This document shows, one piece after another, positions 50,801 through 64,000 of a stretch of 64,000 bases of DNA. Positions within the stretch are counted from its first letter, which is position 1. The number at the start of each line of letters is the position of its first letter. A program made the position numbers and the translations under genes. This DNA comes from Utricularia gibba. Taxonomy: Eukaryota > Plantae > Magnoliophyta. Location of the stretch: NCBI GenBank assembly GCA_002189035.1, contig NEEC01000044.1, positions 4,523 to 68,522 of the forward strand, written 5' to 3'. The notes beneath the pieces are model-generated. The model did no database searches. It worked only from the letters and a program-made list of their open reading frames with translations, and was not told the DNA's origin.

Positions 50801-53800
50801 AAATCGGTTCTCGAAGGCCGTACCAGCATTCCAACATGAGGGGCACACGCAAAGGGATCCTTGGAGCAACAAACGGTGGTACGCATACGCGACCAGGGTT
50901 GCGCCCAAAGTCATCGATCCTGGATCGCGGCGTTGTGAACGTCGTTTTCACAATCGTGTAGCTGTGTAGAACCATTCAAGCTGTAGAATGCAAGGTGCGC
51001 CTACATGTCCGGTGGTTCGAAGGAGCGTTCATCCGCATGAGGTTTCTGCGAGTCCAAGGGTTGGAATGCAGTCAATTAGCCATGGGAGTAAGAAAAAAAG
51101 ACGAACAAGTCGAGAAACCCTCCAAAAGGGCGCGGTGTCTAGAACACCTCCTTTGAGAATGGAGGGCGGATGGAACTTGCTCCACATGCCGCGAATGGAG
51201 ATATGCATACGAAAAAACACCAACATCGGGTCACCGACGTCGTTGCCAAGGAACTCTCTACAAGCACCGTGTGACGACCTCCTTTGCAGCTATTGGATCC
51301 CCCTGCGGAGTGTCTCCGTACCTCGAAAAAACGAGCTTTCTACGGTAGCTCGTTTTCAGGAGCGCATGGCTCTTGAAACTCAGCACATGGATTCGCAATG
51401 ATGGCAAGGGAGAGCACGTCCAATGGCGTAGTTACCGCGCCGCAATCGCATTCGAGGAGAAAAGAAGTTGTTTGGAAAAGAATTGGGCATCAAGGAAGAC
51501 CGTTCAAATAGGCTCACGAAATTTGGAATTGGAGCAGCAGTACGTGTGACTTGTGTTGCTCCACCATTATGTGCGTCGATGGGTGTAGCGTGTTTGCGCA
51601 GTTTCACAAGGATACAGGGTGGCGAACAGTAGTTTGCAATAAGCATGAAGCGGGGGGTACCGCTTGTGCACAAAAAGCTATAAAAGCTGTCCTTGTATAA
51701 TTTCCCATGGGTATGAACCAGGTGCCGGGTTCACACGCAAGCCTTCAGGTGAATCTACGTGACGATATTCATTCCAAGCTCCGTCGGATAGTGCCACCCT
51801 CGATAGCCAGCATATCAATGCTATCTTGACAGGCTGCTGACGGGAATCGACAGTCCCCGAGCTCACTTTTTGCTACATGGATTTAAAGAAGTTGAGTAGC
51901 TTATGTTTGTATGCAGAACACGAGAAGTCCCCATCCGTCGCAGAAAAGGGGCGTGGATAGATGTGAGTGTTGCCACTCCCTTCTCTATGACCTTAAAATC
52001 GTGTATTTGTGTGCTTCTTGCGGTTTGTCTTCAGACCGGAATGTCCTTCTTCGAGGTTCACTTCATTGTGGTGCACTCGGGTTGTTCCGCTTGTATTTCC
52101 TCACGAGAGGAGATACGTTTGTGTCCTCCTTCACTTCATGGAAAGATGTGGGAGCACGCAGCAGATTATGGAGATTTGAAACAGAACACACATCACGAGG
52201 CAACCTAACGACGCAGCAACCAGCCCGACCTCGGTCTACCTGGAGCACCATCAATGAGCATGGCGTTGGAAGTGGCATACTCTACATGCAAAACGTAACC
52301 ACCACCTCCTCTGACGTATGCTCGGTTCTCCTTGTAGGTGGAGTGGATGGTGGTCCCGATGACGCGCCTCCTACATGCACCTCGAACCACGCAGGTAATG
52401 CAAGCACACGCAACATCATGCGTCTTCACTCCACAGCAGGAGGCTCCATGCATGTTTCTAACAGCATCGATCATTCGCTCCCCTTCATTTCGAGCTTCAC
52501 GAGATGGCTGGAATACCATCGAAACCCTGCATATCTTTCCTGGAGCACCCGCCCAAGTGCGACAAAGCTCCTATTTTCTTAGGACATCCGCGTCATGGCC
52601 ATTCTTCGTCTCAACTTGTTTTCCCAGAGTGGGCTCGAAGGCGACGATCCGTTAACATGCAGCAAAGGAAGCCAACACTCGCCAACAGAAGGTCACGCTT
52701 TGCGGAAACCATGCTCTCTAAAAGGCATTGCATAACAATCCGAACGAGCTCACCAGCAGGAACTCAGGGAACGTGAGTTGGGACATGATGAAAGGGAAGT
52801 ATGAGGCGAATTCGCATTCCAATGTTATCACTATTTGCGATCCCAAAATTGAATCCAAAAGTTCGTAGCAGAGAGGCTGCAAAAAACTACAGAAATCGGT
52901 TCTCGAAGGCCGTACCAGCATTCCAACATGAGGGGCACACGCAAAGGGATCCTTGGAGCAACAAACGGTGGTACGCATACGCGACCAGGGTTGCGCCCAA
53001 AGTCATCGATCCTGGATCGCGGCGTTGTGAACGTCGTTTTCACAATCGTGTAGCTGTGTAGAACCATTCAAGCTGTAGAATGCAAGGTGCGCCTACATGT
53101 CCGGTGGTTCGAAGGAGCGTTCATCCGCATGAGGTTTCTGCGAGTCCAAGGGTTGGAATGCAGTCAATTAGCCATGGGAGTAAGAAAAAAAGACGAACAA
53201 GTCGAGAAACCCTCCAAAAGGGCGCGGTGTCTAGAACACCTCCTTTGAGAATGGAGGGCGGATGGAACTTGCTCCACATGCCGCGAATGGAGATATGCAT
53301 ACGAAAAAACACCAACATCGGGTCACCGACGTCGTTGCCAAGGAACTCTCTACAAGCACCGTGTGACGACCTCCTTTGCAGCTATTGGATCCCCCTGCGG
53401 AGTGTCTCCGTACCTCGAAAAAACGAGCTTTCTACGGTAGCTCGTTTTCAGGAGCGCATGGCTCTTGAAACTCAGCACATGGATTCGCAATGATGGCAAG
53501 GGAGAGCACGTCCAATGGCGTAGTTACCGCGCCGCAATCGCATTCGAGGAGAAAAGAAGTTGTTTGGAAAAGAATTGGGCATCAAGGAAGACCGTTCAAA
53601 TAGGCTCACGAAATTTGGAATTGGAGCAGCAGTACGTGTGACTTGTGTTGCTCCACCATTATGTGCGTCGATGGGTGTAGCGTGTTTGCGCAGTTTCACA
53701 AGGATACAGGGTGGCGAACAGTAGTTTGCAATAAGCATGAAGCGGGGGTACCGCTTGTGCACAAAAAGCTATAAAAGCTGTCCTTGTATAATTTCCCATG

Positions 53801-56800
53801 GGTATGAACCAGGTGCCGGGTTCACACGCAAGCCTTCAGGTGAATCTACGTGACGATATTCATTCCAAGCTCCGTCGGATAGTGCCACCCTCGATAGCCA
53901 GCATATCAATGCTATCTTGACAGGCTGCTGACGGGAATCGACAGTCCCCGAGCTCACTTTTTGCTACATGGATTTAAAGAAGTTGAGTAGCTTATGTTTG
54001 TATGCAGAACACGAGAAGTCCCCATCCGTCGCAGAAAAGGGGCGTGGATAGATGTGAGTGTTGCCACTCCCTTCTCTATGACCTTAAAATCGTGTATTTG
54101 TGTGCTTCTTGCGGTTTGTCTTCAGACCGGAATGTCCTTCTTCGAGGTTCACTTCATTGTGGTGCACTCGGGTTGTTCCGCTTGTATTTCCTCACGAGAG
54201 GAGATACGTTTGTGTCCTCCTTCACTTCATGGAAAGATGTGGGAGCACGCAGCAGATTATGGAGATTTGAAACAGAACACACATCACGAGGCAACCTAAC
54301 GACGCAGCAACCAGCCCGACCTCGGTCTACCTGGAGCACCATCAATGAGCATGGCGTTGGAAGTGGCATACTCTACATGCAAAACGTAACCACCACCTCC
54401 TCTGACGTATGCTCGGTTCTCCTTGTAGGTGGAGTGGATGGTGGTCCCGATGACGCGCCTCCTACATGCACCTCGAACCACGCAGGTAATGCAAGCACAC
54501 GCAACATCATGCGTCTTCACTCCACAGCAGGAGGCTCCATGCATGTTTCTAACAGCATCGATCATTCGCTCCCCTTCATTTCGAGCTTCACGAGATGGCT
54601 GGAATACCATCGAAACCCTGCATATCTTTCCTGGAGCACCCGCCCAAGTGCGACAAAGCTCCTATTTTCTTAGGACATCCGCGTCATGGCCATTCTTCGT
54701 CTCAACTTGTTTTCCCAGAGTGGGCTCGAAGGCGACGATCCGTTAACATGCAGCAAAGGAAGCCAACACTCGCCAACAGAAGGTCACGCTTTGCGGAAAC
54801 CATGCTCTCTAAAAGGCATTGCATAACAATCCGAACGAGCTCACCAGCAGGAACTCAGGGAACGTGAGTTGGGACATGATGAAAGGGAAGTATGAGGCGA
54901 ATTCGCATTCCAATGTTATCACTATTTGCGATCCCAAAATTGAATCCAAAAGTTCGTAGCAGAGAGGCTGCAAAAAACTACAGAAATCGGTTCTCGAAGG
55001 CCGTACCAGCATTCCAACATGAGGGGCACACGCAAAGGGATCCTTGGAGCAACAAACGGTGGTACGCATACGCGACCAGGGTTGCGCCCAAAGTCATCGA
55101 TCCTGGATCGCGGCGTTGTGAACGTCGTTTTCACAATCGTGTAGCTGTGTAGAACCATTCAAGCTGTAGAATGCAAGGTGCGCCTACATGTCCGGTGGTT
55201 CGAAGGAGCGTTCATCCGCATGAGGTTTCTGCGAGTCCAAGGGTTGGAATGCAGTCAATTAGCCATGGGAGTAAGAAAAAAAGACGAACAAGTCGAGAAA
55301 CCCTCCAAAAGGGCGCGGTGTCTAGAACACCTCCTTTGAGAATGGAGGGCGGATGGAACTTGCTCCACATGCCGCGAATGGAGATATGCATACGAAAAAA
55401 CACCAACATCGGGTCACCGACGTCGTTGCCAAGGAACTCTCTACAAGCACCGTGTGACGACCTCCTTTGCAGCTATTGGATCCCCCTGCGGAGTGTCTCC
55501 GTACCTCGAAAAAACGAGCTTTCTACGGTAGCTCGTTTTCAGGAGCGCATGGCTCTTGAAACTCAGCACATGGATTCGCAATGATGGCAAGGGAGAGCAC
55601 GTCCAATGGCGTAGTTACCGCGCCGCAATCGCATTCGAGGAGAAAAGAAGTTGTTTGGAAAAGAATTGGGCATCAAGGAAGACCGTTCAAATAGGCTCAC
55701 GAAATTTGGAATTGGAGCAGCAGTACGTGTGACTTGTGTTGCTCCACCATTATGTGCGTCGATGGGTGTAGCGTGTTTGCGCAGTTTCACAAGGATACAG
55801 GGTGGCGAACAGTAGTTTGCAATAAGCATGAAGCGGGGGGTACCGCTTGTGCACAAAAAGCTATAAAAGCTGTCCTTGTATAATTTCCCATGGGTATGAA
55901 CCAGGTGCCGGGTTCACACGCAAGCCTTCAGGTGAATCTACGTGACGATATTCATTCCAAGCTCCGTCGGATAGTGCCACCCTCGATAGCCAGCATATCA
56001 ATGCTATCTTGACAGGCTGCTGACGGGAATCGACAGTCCCCGAGCTCACTTTTTGCTACATGGATTTAAAGAAGTTGAGTAGCTTATGTTTGTATGCAGA
56101 ACACGAGAAGTCCCCATCCGTCGCAGAAAAGGGGCGTGGATAGATGTGAGTGTTGCCACTCCCTTCTCTATGACCTTAAAATCGTGTATTTGTGTGCTTC
56201 TTGCGGTTTGTCTTCAGACCGGAATGTCCTTCTTCGAGGTTCACTTCATTGTGGTGCACTCGGGTTGTTCCGCTTGTATTTCCTCACGAGAGGAGATACG
56301 TTTGTGTCCTCCTTCACTTCATGGAAAGATGTGGGAGCACGCAGCAGATTATGGAGATTTGAAACAGAACACACATCACGAGGCAACCTAACGACGCAGC
56401 AACCAGCCCGACCTCGGTCTACCTGGAGCACCATCAATGAGCATGGCGTTGGAAGTGGCATACTCTACATGCAAAACGTAACCACCACCTCCTCTGACGT
56501 ATGCTCGGTTCTCCTTGTAGGTGGAGTGGATGGTGGTCCCGATGACGCGCCTCCTACATGCACCTCGAACCACGCAGGTAATGCAAGCACACGCAACATC
56601 ATGCGTCTTCACTCCACAGCAGGAGGCTCCATGCATGTTTCTAACAGCATCGATCATTCGCTCCCCTTCATTTCGAGCTTCACGAGATGGCTGGAATACC
56701 ATCGAAACCCTGCATATCTTTCCTGGAGCACCCGCCCAAGTGCGACAAAGCTCCTATTTTCTTAGGACATCCGCGTCATGGCCATTCTTCGTCTCAACTT

Positions 56801-58348
56801 GTTTTCCCAGAGTGGGCTCGAAGGCGACGATCCGTTAACATGCAGCAAAGGAAGCCAACACTCGCCAACAGAAGGTCACGCTTTGCGGAAACCATGCTCT
56901 CTAAAAGGCATTGCATAACAATCCGAACGAGCTCACCAGCAGGAACTCAGGGAACGTGAGTTGGGACATGATGAAAGGGAAGTATGAGGCGAATTCGCAT
57001 TCCAATGTTATCACTATTTGCGATCCCAAAATTGAATCCAAAAGTTCGTAGCAGAGAGGCTGCAAAAAACTACAGAAATCGGTTCTCGAAGGCCGTACCA
57101 GCATTCCAACATGAGGGGCACACGCAAAGGGATCCTTGGAGCAACAAACGGTGGTACGCATACGCGACCAGGGTTGCGCCCAAAGTCATCGATCCTGGAT
57201 CGCGGCGTTGTGAACGTCGTTTTCACAATCGTGTAGCTGTGTAGAACCATTCAAGCTGTAGAATGCAAGGTGCGCCTACATGTCCGGTGGTTCGAAGGAG
57301 CGTTCATCCGCATGAGGTTTCTGCGAGTCCAAGGGTTGGAATGCAGTCAATTAGCCATGGGAGTAAGAAAAAAAGACGAACAAGTCGAGAAACCCTCCAA
57401 AAGGGCGCGGTGTCTAGAACACCTCCTTTGAGAATGGAGGGCGGATGGAACTTGCTCCACATGCCGCGAATGGAGATATGCATACGAAAAAACACCAACA
57501 TCGGGTCACCGACGTCGTTGCCAAGGAACTCTCTACAAGCACCGTGTGACGACCTCCTTTGCAGCTATTGGATCCCCCTGCGGAGTGTCTCCGTACCTCG
57601 AAAAAACGAGCTTTCTACGGTAGCTCGTTTTCAGGAGCGCATGGCTCTTGAAACTCAGCACATGGATTCGCAATGATGGCAAGGGAGAGCACGTCCAATG
57701 GCGTAGTTACCGCGCCGCAATCGCATTCGAGGAGAAAAGAAGTTGTTTGGAAAAGAATTGGGCATCAAGGAAGACCGTTCAAATAGGCTCACGAAATTTG
57801 GAATTGGAGCAGCAGTACGTGTGACTTGTGTTGCTCCACCATTATGTGCGTCGATGGGTGTAGCGTGTTTGCGCAGTTTCACAAGGATACAGGGTGGCGA
57901 ACAGTAGTTTGCAATAAGCATGAAGCGGGGGGTACCGCTTGTGCACAAAAAGCTATAAAAGCTGTCCTTGTATAATTTCCCATGGGTATGAACCAGGTGC
58001 CGGGTTCACACGCAAGCCTTCAGGTGAATCTACGTGACGATATTCATTCCAAGCTCCGTCGGATAGTGCCACCCTCGATAGCCAGCATATCAATGCTATC
58101 TTGACAGGCTGCTGACGGGAATCGACAGTCCCCGAGCTCACTTTTTGCTACATGGATTTAAAGAAGTTGAGTAGCTTATGTTTGTATGCAGAACACGAGA
58201 AGTCCCCATCCGTCGCAGAAAAGGGGCGTGGATAGATGTGAGTGTTGCCACTCCCTTCTCTATGACCTTAAAATCGTGTATTTGTGTGCTTCTTGCGGTT
58301 TGTCTTCAGACCGGAATGTCCTTCTTCGAGGTTCACTTCATTGTGGTG

Positions 58349-61300
58349 CACTCGGGTTGTTCCGCTTGTATTTCCTCACGAGAGGAGATACGTTTGTGTC
58401 CTCCTTCACTTCATGGAAAGATGTGGGAGCACGCAGCAGATTATGGAGATTTGAAACAGAACACACATCACGAGGCAACCTAACGACGCAGCAACCAGCC
58501 CGACCTCGGTCTACCTGGAGCACCATCAATGAGCATGGCGTTGGAAGTGGCATACTCTACATGCAAAACGTAACCACCACCTCCTCTGACGTATGCTCGG
58601 TTCTCCTTGTAGGTGGAGTGGATGGTGGTCCCGATGACGCGCCTCCTACATGCACCTCGAACCACGCAGGTAATGCAAGCACACGCAACATCATGCGTCT
58701 TCACTCCACAGCAGGAGGCTCCATGCATGTTTCTAACAGCATCGATCATTCGCTCCCCTTCATTTCGAGCTTCACGAGATGGCTGGAATACCATCGAAAC
58801 CCTGCATATCTTTCCTGGAGCACCCGCCCAAGTGCGACAAAGCTCCTATTTTCTTAGGACATCCGCGTCATGGCCATTCTTCGTCTCAACTTGTTTTCCC
58901 AGAGTGGGCTCGAAGGCGACGATCCGTTAACATGCAGCAAAGGAAGCCAACACTCGCCAACAGAAGGTCACGCTTTGCGGAAACCATGCTCTCTAAAAGG
59001 CATTGCATAACAATCCGAACGAGCTCACCAGCAGGAACTCAGGGAACGTGAGTTGGGACATGATGAAAGGGAAGTATGAGGCGAATTCGCATTCCAATGT
59101 TATCACTATTTGCGATCCCAAAATTGAATCCAAAAGTTCGTAGCAGAGAGGCTGCAAAAAACTACAGAAATCGGTTCTCGAAGGCCGTACCAGCATTCCA
59201 ACATGAGGGGCACACGCAAAGGGATCCTTGGAGCAACAAACGGTGGTACGCATACGCGACCAGGGTTGCGCCCAAAGTCATCGATCCTGGATCGCGGCGT
59301 TGTGAACGTCGTTTTCACAATCGTGTAGCTGTGTAGAACCATTCAAGCTGTAGAATGCAAGGTGCGCCTACATGTCCGGTGGTTCGAAGGAGCGTTCATC
59401 CGCATGAGGTTTCTGCGAGTCCAAGGGTTGGAATGCAGTCAATTAGCCATGGGAGTAAGAAAAAAAGACGAACAAGTCGAGAAACCCTCCAAAAGGGCGC
59501 GGTGTCTAGAACACCTCCTTTGAGAATGGAGGGCGGATGGAACTTGCTCCACATGCCGCGAATGGAGATATGCATACGAAAAAACACCAACATCGGGTCA
59601 CCGACGTCGTTGCCAAGGAACTCTCTACAAGCACCGTGTGACGACCTCCTTTGCAGCTATTGGATCCCCCTGCGGAGTGTCTCCGTACCTCGAAAAAACG
59701 AGCTTTCTACGGTAGCTCGTTTTCAGGAGCGCATGGCTCTTGAAACTCAGCACATGGATTCGCAATGATGGCAAGGGAGAGCACGTCCAATGGCGTAGTT
59801 ACCGCGCCGCAATCGCATTCGAGGAGAAAAGAAGTTGTTTGGAAAAGAATTGGGCATCAAGGAAGACCGTTCAAATAGGCTCACGAAATTTGGAATTGGA
59901 GCAGCAGTACGTGTGACTTGTGTTGCTCCACCATTATGTGCGTCGATGGGTGTAGCGTGTTTGCGCAGTTTCACAAGGATACAGGGTGGCGAACAGTAGT
60001 TTGCAATAAGCATGAAGCGGGGGTACCGCTTGTGCACAAAAAGCTATAAAAAGCTGTCCTTGTATAATTTCCCATGGGTATGAACCAGGTGCCGGGTTCA
60101 CACGCAAGCCTTCAGGTGAATCTACGTGACGATATTCATTCCAAGCTCCGTCGGATAGTGCCACCCTCGATAGCCAGCATATCAATGCTATCTTGACAGG
60201 CTGCTGACGGGAATCGACAGTCCCCGAGCTCACTTTTTGCTACATGGATTTAAAGAAGTTGAGTAGCTTATGTTTGTATGCAGAACACGAGAAGTCCCCA
60301 TCCGTCGCAGAAAAGGGCGTGGATAGATGTGAGTGTTGCCACTCCCTTCTCTATGACCTTAAAATCGTGTATTTGTGTGCTTCTTGCGGTTTGTCTTCAG
60401 ACCGGAATGTCCTTCTTCGAGGTTCACTTCATTGTGGTGCACTCGGGTTGTTCCGCTTGTATTTCCTCACGAGAGGAGATACGTTTGTGTCCTCCTTCAC
60501 TTCATGGAAAGATGTGGGAGCACGCAGCAGATTATGGAGATTTGAAACAGAACACACATCACGAGGCAACCTAACGACGCAGCAACCAGCCCGACCTCGG
60601 TCTACCTGGAGCACCATCAATGAGCATGGCGTTGGAAGTGGCATACTCTACATGCAAAACGTAACCACCACCTCCTCTGACGTATGCTCGGTTCTCCTTG
60701 TAGGTGGAGAGTGGATGGTGTCCCGATGACGCGCCTCCTACATGCACCTCGAACCACGCAGGTAATGCAAGCACACGCAACATCATGCGTCTTCACTCCA
60801 CAGCAGGAGGCTCCATGCATGTTTCTAACAGCATCGATCATTCGCTCCCCTTCATTTCGAGCTTCACGAGATGGCTGGAATACCATCGAAACCCTGCATA
60901 TCTTTCCTGGAGCACCCGCCCAAGTGCGACAAAGCTCCTATTTTCTTAGGACATCCGCGTCATGGCCATTCTTCGTCTCAACTTGTTTTCCCAGAGTGGG
61001 CTCGAAGGCGACGATCCGTTAACATGCAGCAAAGGAAGCCAACACTCGCCAACAGAAGGTCACGCTTTGCGGAAACCATGCTCTCTAAAAGGCATTGCAT
61101 AACAATCCGAACGAGCTCACCAGCAGGAACTCAGGGAACGTGAGTTGGGACATGATGAAAGGGAAGTATGAGGCGAATTCGCATTCCAATGTTATCACTA
61201 TTTGCGATCCCAAATTGAATCCAAAAGTTCGTAGCAGAGAGGCTGCAAAAAACTACAGAAATCGGTTCTCGAAGGCCGTACCAGCATTCCAACATGAGGG

Positions 61301-64000
61301 GCACACGCAAAGGGATCCTTGGAGCAACAAACGGTGGTACGCATACGCGACCAGGGTTGCGCCCAAAGTCATCGATCCTGGATCGCGGCGTTGTGAACGT
61401 CGTTTTCACAATCGTGTAGCTGTGTAGAACCATTCAAGCTGTAGAATGCAAGGTGCGCCTACATGTCGGTGGTTCGAAGGAGCGTTCATCCGCATGAGGT
61501 TTCTGCGAGTCCAAGGGTTGGAATGCAGTCAATTAGCCATGGGAGTAAGAAAAAAAGACGAACAAGTCGAGAAACCCTCCAAAAGGGCGCGGTGTCTAGA
61601 ACACCTCCTTTGAGAATGGAGGGCGGATGGAACTTGCTCCACATGCCGCGAATGGAGATATGCATACGAAAAAACACCAACATCGGGTCACCGACGTCGT
61701 TGCCAAGGAACTCTCTACAAGCACCGTGTGACGACCTCCTTTGCAGCTATTGGATCCCCCTGCGGAGTGTCTCCGTACCTCGAAAAAACGAGCTTTCTAC
61801 GGTAGCTCGTTTTCAGGAGCGCATGGCTCTTGAAACTCAGCACATGGATTCGCAATGATGGCAAGGGAGAGCACGTCCAATGGCGTAGTTACCGCGCCGC
61901 AATCGCATTCGAGGAGAAAAGAAGTTGTTTGGAAAAGAATTGGGCATCAAGGAAGACCGTTCAAATAGGCTCACGAAATTTGGAATTGGAGCAGCAGTAC
62001 GTGTGACTTGTGTTGCTCCACCATTATGTGCGTCGATGGGTGTAGCGTGTTTGCGCAGTTTCACAAGGATACAGGGTGGCGAACAGTAGTTTGCAATAAG
62101 CATGAAGCGGGGGGTACCGCTTGTGCACAAAAAGCTATAAAAGCTGTCCTTGTATAATTTCCCATGGGTATGAACCAGGTTCACACGCAAGCCTTCAGGT
62201 GAATCTACGTGACGATATTCATTCCAAGCTCCGTCGGATAGTGCCACCCTCGATAGCCAGCATATCAATGCTATCTTGACAGGCTGCTGACGGAATCGAC
62301 AGTCCCCGAGCTCACTTTTTGCTACATGGATTTAAAGAAGTTGAGTAGCTTATGTTTGTATGCAGAACACGAGAAGTCCCCATCCGTCGCAGAAAAGGGG
62401 CGTGGATAGATGTGAGTGTTGCCACTCCCTTCTCTATGACCTTAAAATCGTGTATTTGTGTGCTTCTTGCGGTTTGTCTTCAGACCGGAATGTCCTTCTT
62501 CGAGGTTCACTTCATTGTGGTGCACTCGGGTTGTTCCGCTTGTATTTCCTCACGAGAGGAGATACGTTTGTGTCCTCCTTCACTTCATGGAAAGATGTGG
62601 GAGCACGCAGCAGATTATGGAGATTTGAAACAGAACACACATCACGAGGCAACCTAACGACGCAGCAACCAGCCCGACCTCGGTCTACCTGGAGCACCAT
62701 CAATGAGCATGGCGTTGGAAGTGGCATACTCTACATGCAAAACGTAACCACCACCTCCTCTGACGTATGCTCGGTTCTCCTTGTAGGTGGAGTGGATGGT
62801 GGTCCCGATGACGCGCCTCCTACATGCACCTCGAACCACGCAGGTAATGCAAGCACACGCAACATCATGCGTCTTCACTCCACAGCAGGAGGCTCCATGC
62901 ATGTTTCTAACAGCATCGATCATTCGCTCCCCTTCATTTCGAGCTTCACGAGATGGCTGGAATACCATCGAAACCCTGCATATCTTTCCTGGAGCACCCG
63001 CCCAAGTGCGACAAAGCTCCTATTTTCTTAGGACATCCGCGTCATGGCCATTCTTCGTCTCAACTTGTTTTCCCAGAGTGGGCTCGAAGGCGACGATCCG
63101 TTAACATGCAGCAAAGGAAGCCAACACTCGCCAACAGAAGGTCACGCTTTGCGGAAACCATGCTCTCTAAAAGGCATTGCATAACAATCCGAACGAGCTC
63201 ACCAGCAGGAACTCAGGGAACGTGAGTTGGGACATGATGAAAGGGAAGTATGAGGCGAATTCGCATTCCAATGTTATCACTATTTGCGATCCCAAAATTG
63301 AATGCAAAAGTTCGTAGCAGAGAGGCTGCAAAAAACTACAGAAATCGGTTCTCGAAGGCCGTACCAGCATTCCAACATGAGGGGCACACGCAAAGGGATC
63401 CTTGGAGCAACAAACGGTGGTACGCATACGCGACCAGGGTTGCGCGCCCAAAGTCATCGATCCTGGATCGCGGCGTTGTGAACGTCGTTTTCACAATCGT
63501 GTAGCTGTGTAGAACCATTCAAGCTGTAGAATGCAAGGTGCGCCTACATGTCCGGTGGTTCGAAGGAGCGTTCATCCGCATGAGGTTTCTGCGAGTCCAA
63601 GGGTTGGAATGCAGTCAATTAGCCATGGGAGTAAGAAAAAAAGACGAACAAGTCGAGAAACCCTCCAAAAGGGCGCGGTGTCTAGAACACCTCCTTTGAG
63701 AATGGAGGGCGGATGGAACTTGCTCCACATGCCGCGAATGGAGATATGCATACGAAAAAACACCAACATCGGGTCACCGACGTCGTTGCCAAGGAACTCT
63801 CTACAAGCACCGTGTGACGACCTCCTTTGCAGCTATTGGATCCCCCTGCGGAGTGTCTCCGTACCTCGAAAAAACGAGCTTTCTACGGTAGCTCGTTTTC
63901 AGGAGCGCATGGCTCTTGAAACTCAGCACATGGATTCGCAATGATGGCAAGGGAGAGCACGTCCAATGGCGTAGTTACCGCGCCGCAATCGCATTCGAGG
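58349..64000. repeat. Copies 29-31 with scattered small indels and the only substitution seen
   Basis: There are 11 events between 60019 and ~63446 (net -8 bp), including a 7-nt deletion after 62180 and C->G at 63304. Copy 31 is truncated by the window end. Confidence 0.93.

Larger units (their letters stand above)
1..64000. repeat. Head-to-tail tandem array of a 2,092-bp unit, ~30.7 copies, near-perfect identity
   Basis: The anchor CACTCGGGTTGTTCC recurs at 1, 2093, 4185, 6277, 8369, 10461, 12553, 14645, 16737, 18829, 20921, (copy 12 anchor deleted, junction ~22940), 24957, 27049, 29141, 31233, 33325, 35416, 37508, 39600, 41692, 43784, 45876, 47891, 49982, 52074, 54165, 56257, 58349, 60440 and 62523. 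The window ends at unit position 1476. The ORF track repeats with the same translations at a 2,092-bp period except at the listed indels. Confidence 0.99.

Noticed and set aside
21575-62268. Novel-looking ORFs found only in variant copies (for example 21575-21907, 22845-23480, 46520-46825, 60244-60729, 61837-62268)
   Set aside because: They are fusions of consensus frames created by the listed indels, which are probably sequencing errors, and are not independent genes.
1-64000. CRISPR array or higher-order repeat structure
   Set aside because: There is no short repeat with variable spacers. Variants are singletons except the irregularly spaced G5, so there is no higher-order periodicity.

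Overview
The whole 64-kb window is one head-to-tail tandem array of a single 2,092-bp unit (about 30.7 copies, both ends cut by the window edges, roughly 50% GC by eye). No unique sequence, flank or recognisable gene is present. The copies are almost identical. I found only 27 differences from the consensus (23 net deletions, 3 insertions, 1 substitution; net -236 bp, which matches the ORF-track offsets exactly). Of these, 24 fall in three noisy patches (21.7-24.0 kb, 46.6-47.8 kb, 60.0-63.4 kb) and 3 are isolated G6->G5 changes. This indel-dominated, clustered, homopolymer-biased spectrum looks more like long-read or consensus error than natural divergence. The underlying molecule is therefore either a very strongly homogenised chromosomal macrosatellite or tandem locus, or a 2,092-nt circle read or assembled as a concatemer. 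The unit has no ORF I can assign to a family (longest 223 aa) and no recognisable rRNA, tRNA, snRNA, CRISPR, Rep gene or ribozyme. It shows weak hints of a spliced eukaryotic reading frame, one 10-bp hairpin and a few dispersed motifs. I cannot identify the organism or the function. Unit-internal features are given for copy 1 and recur in every copy.
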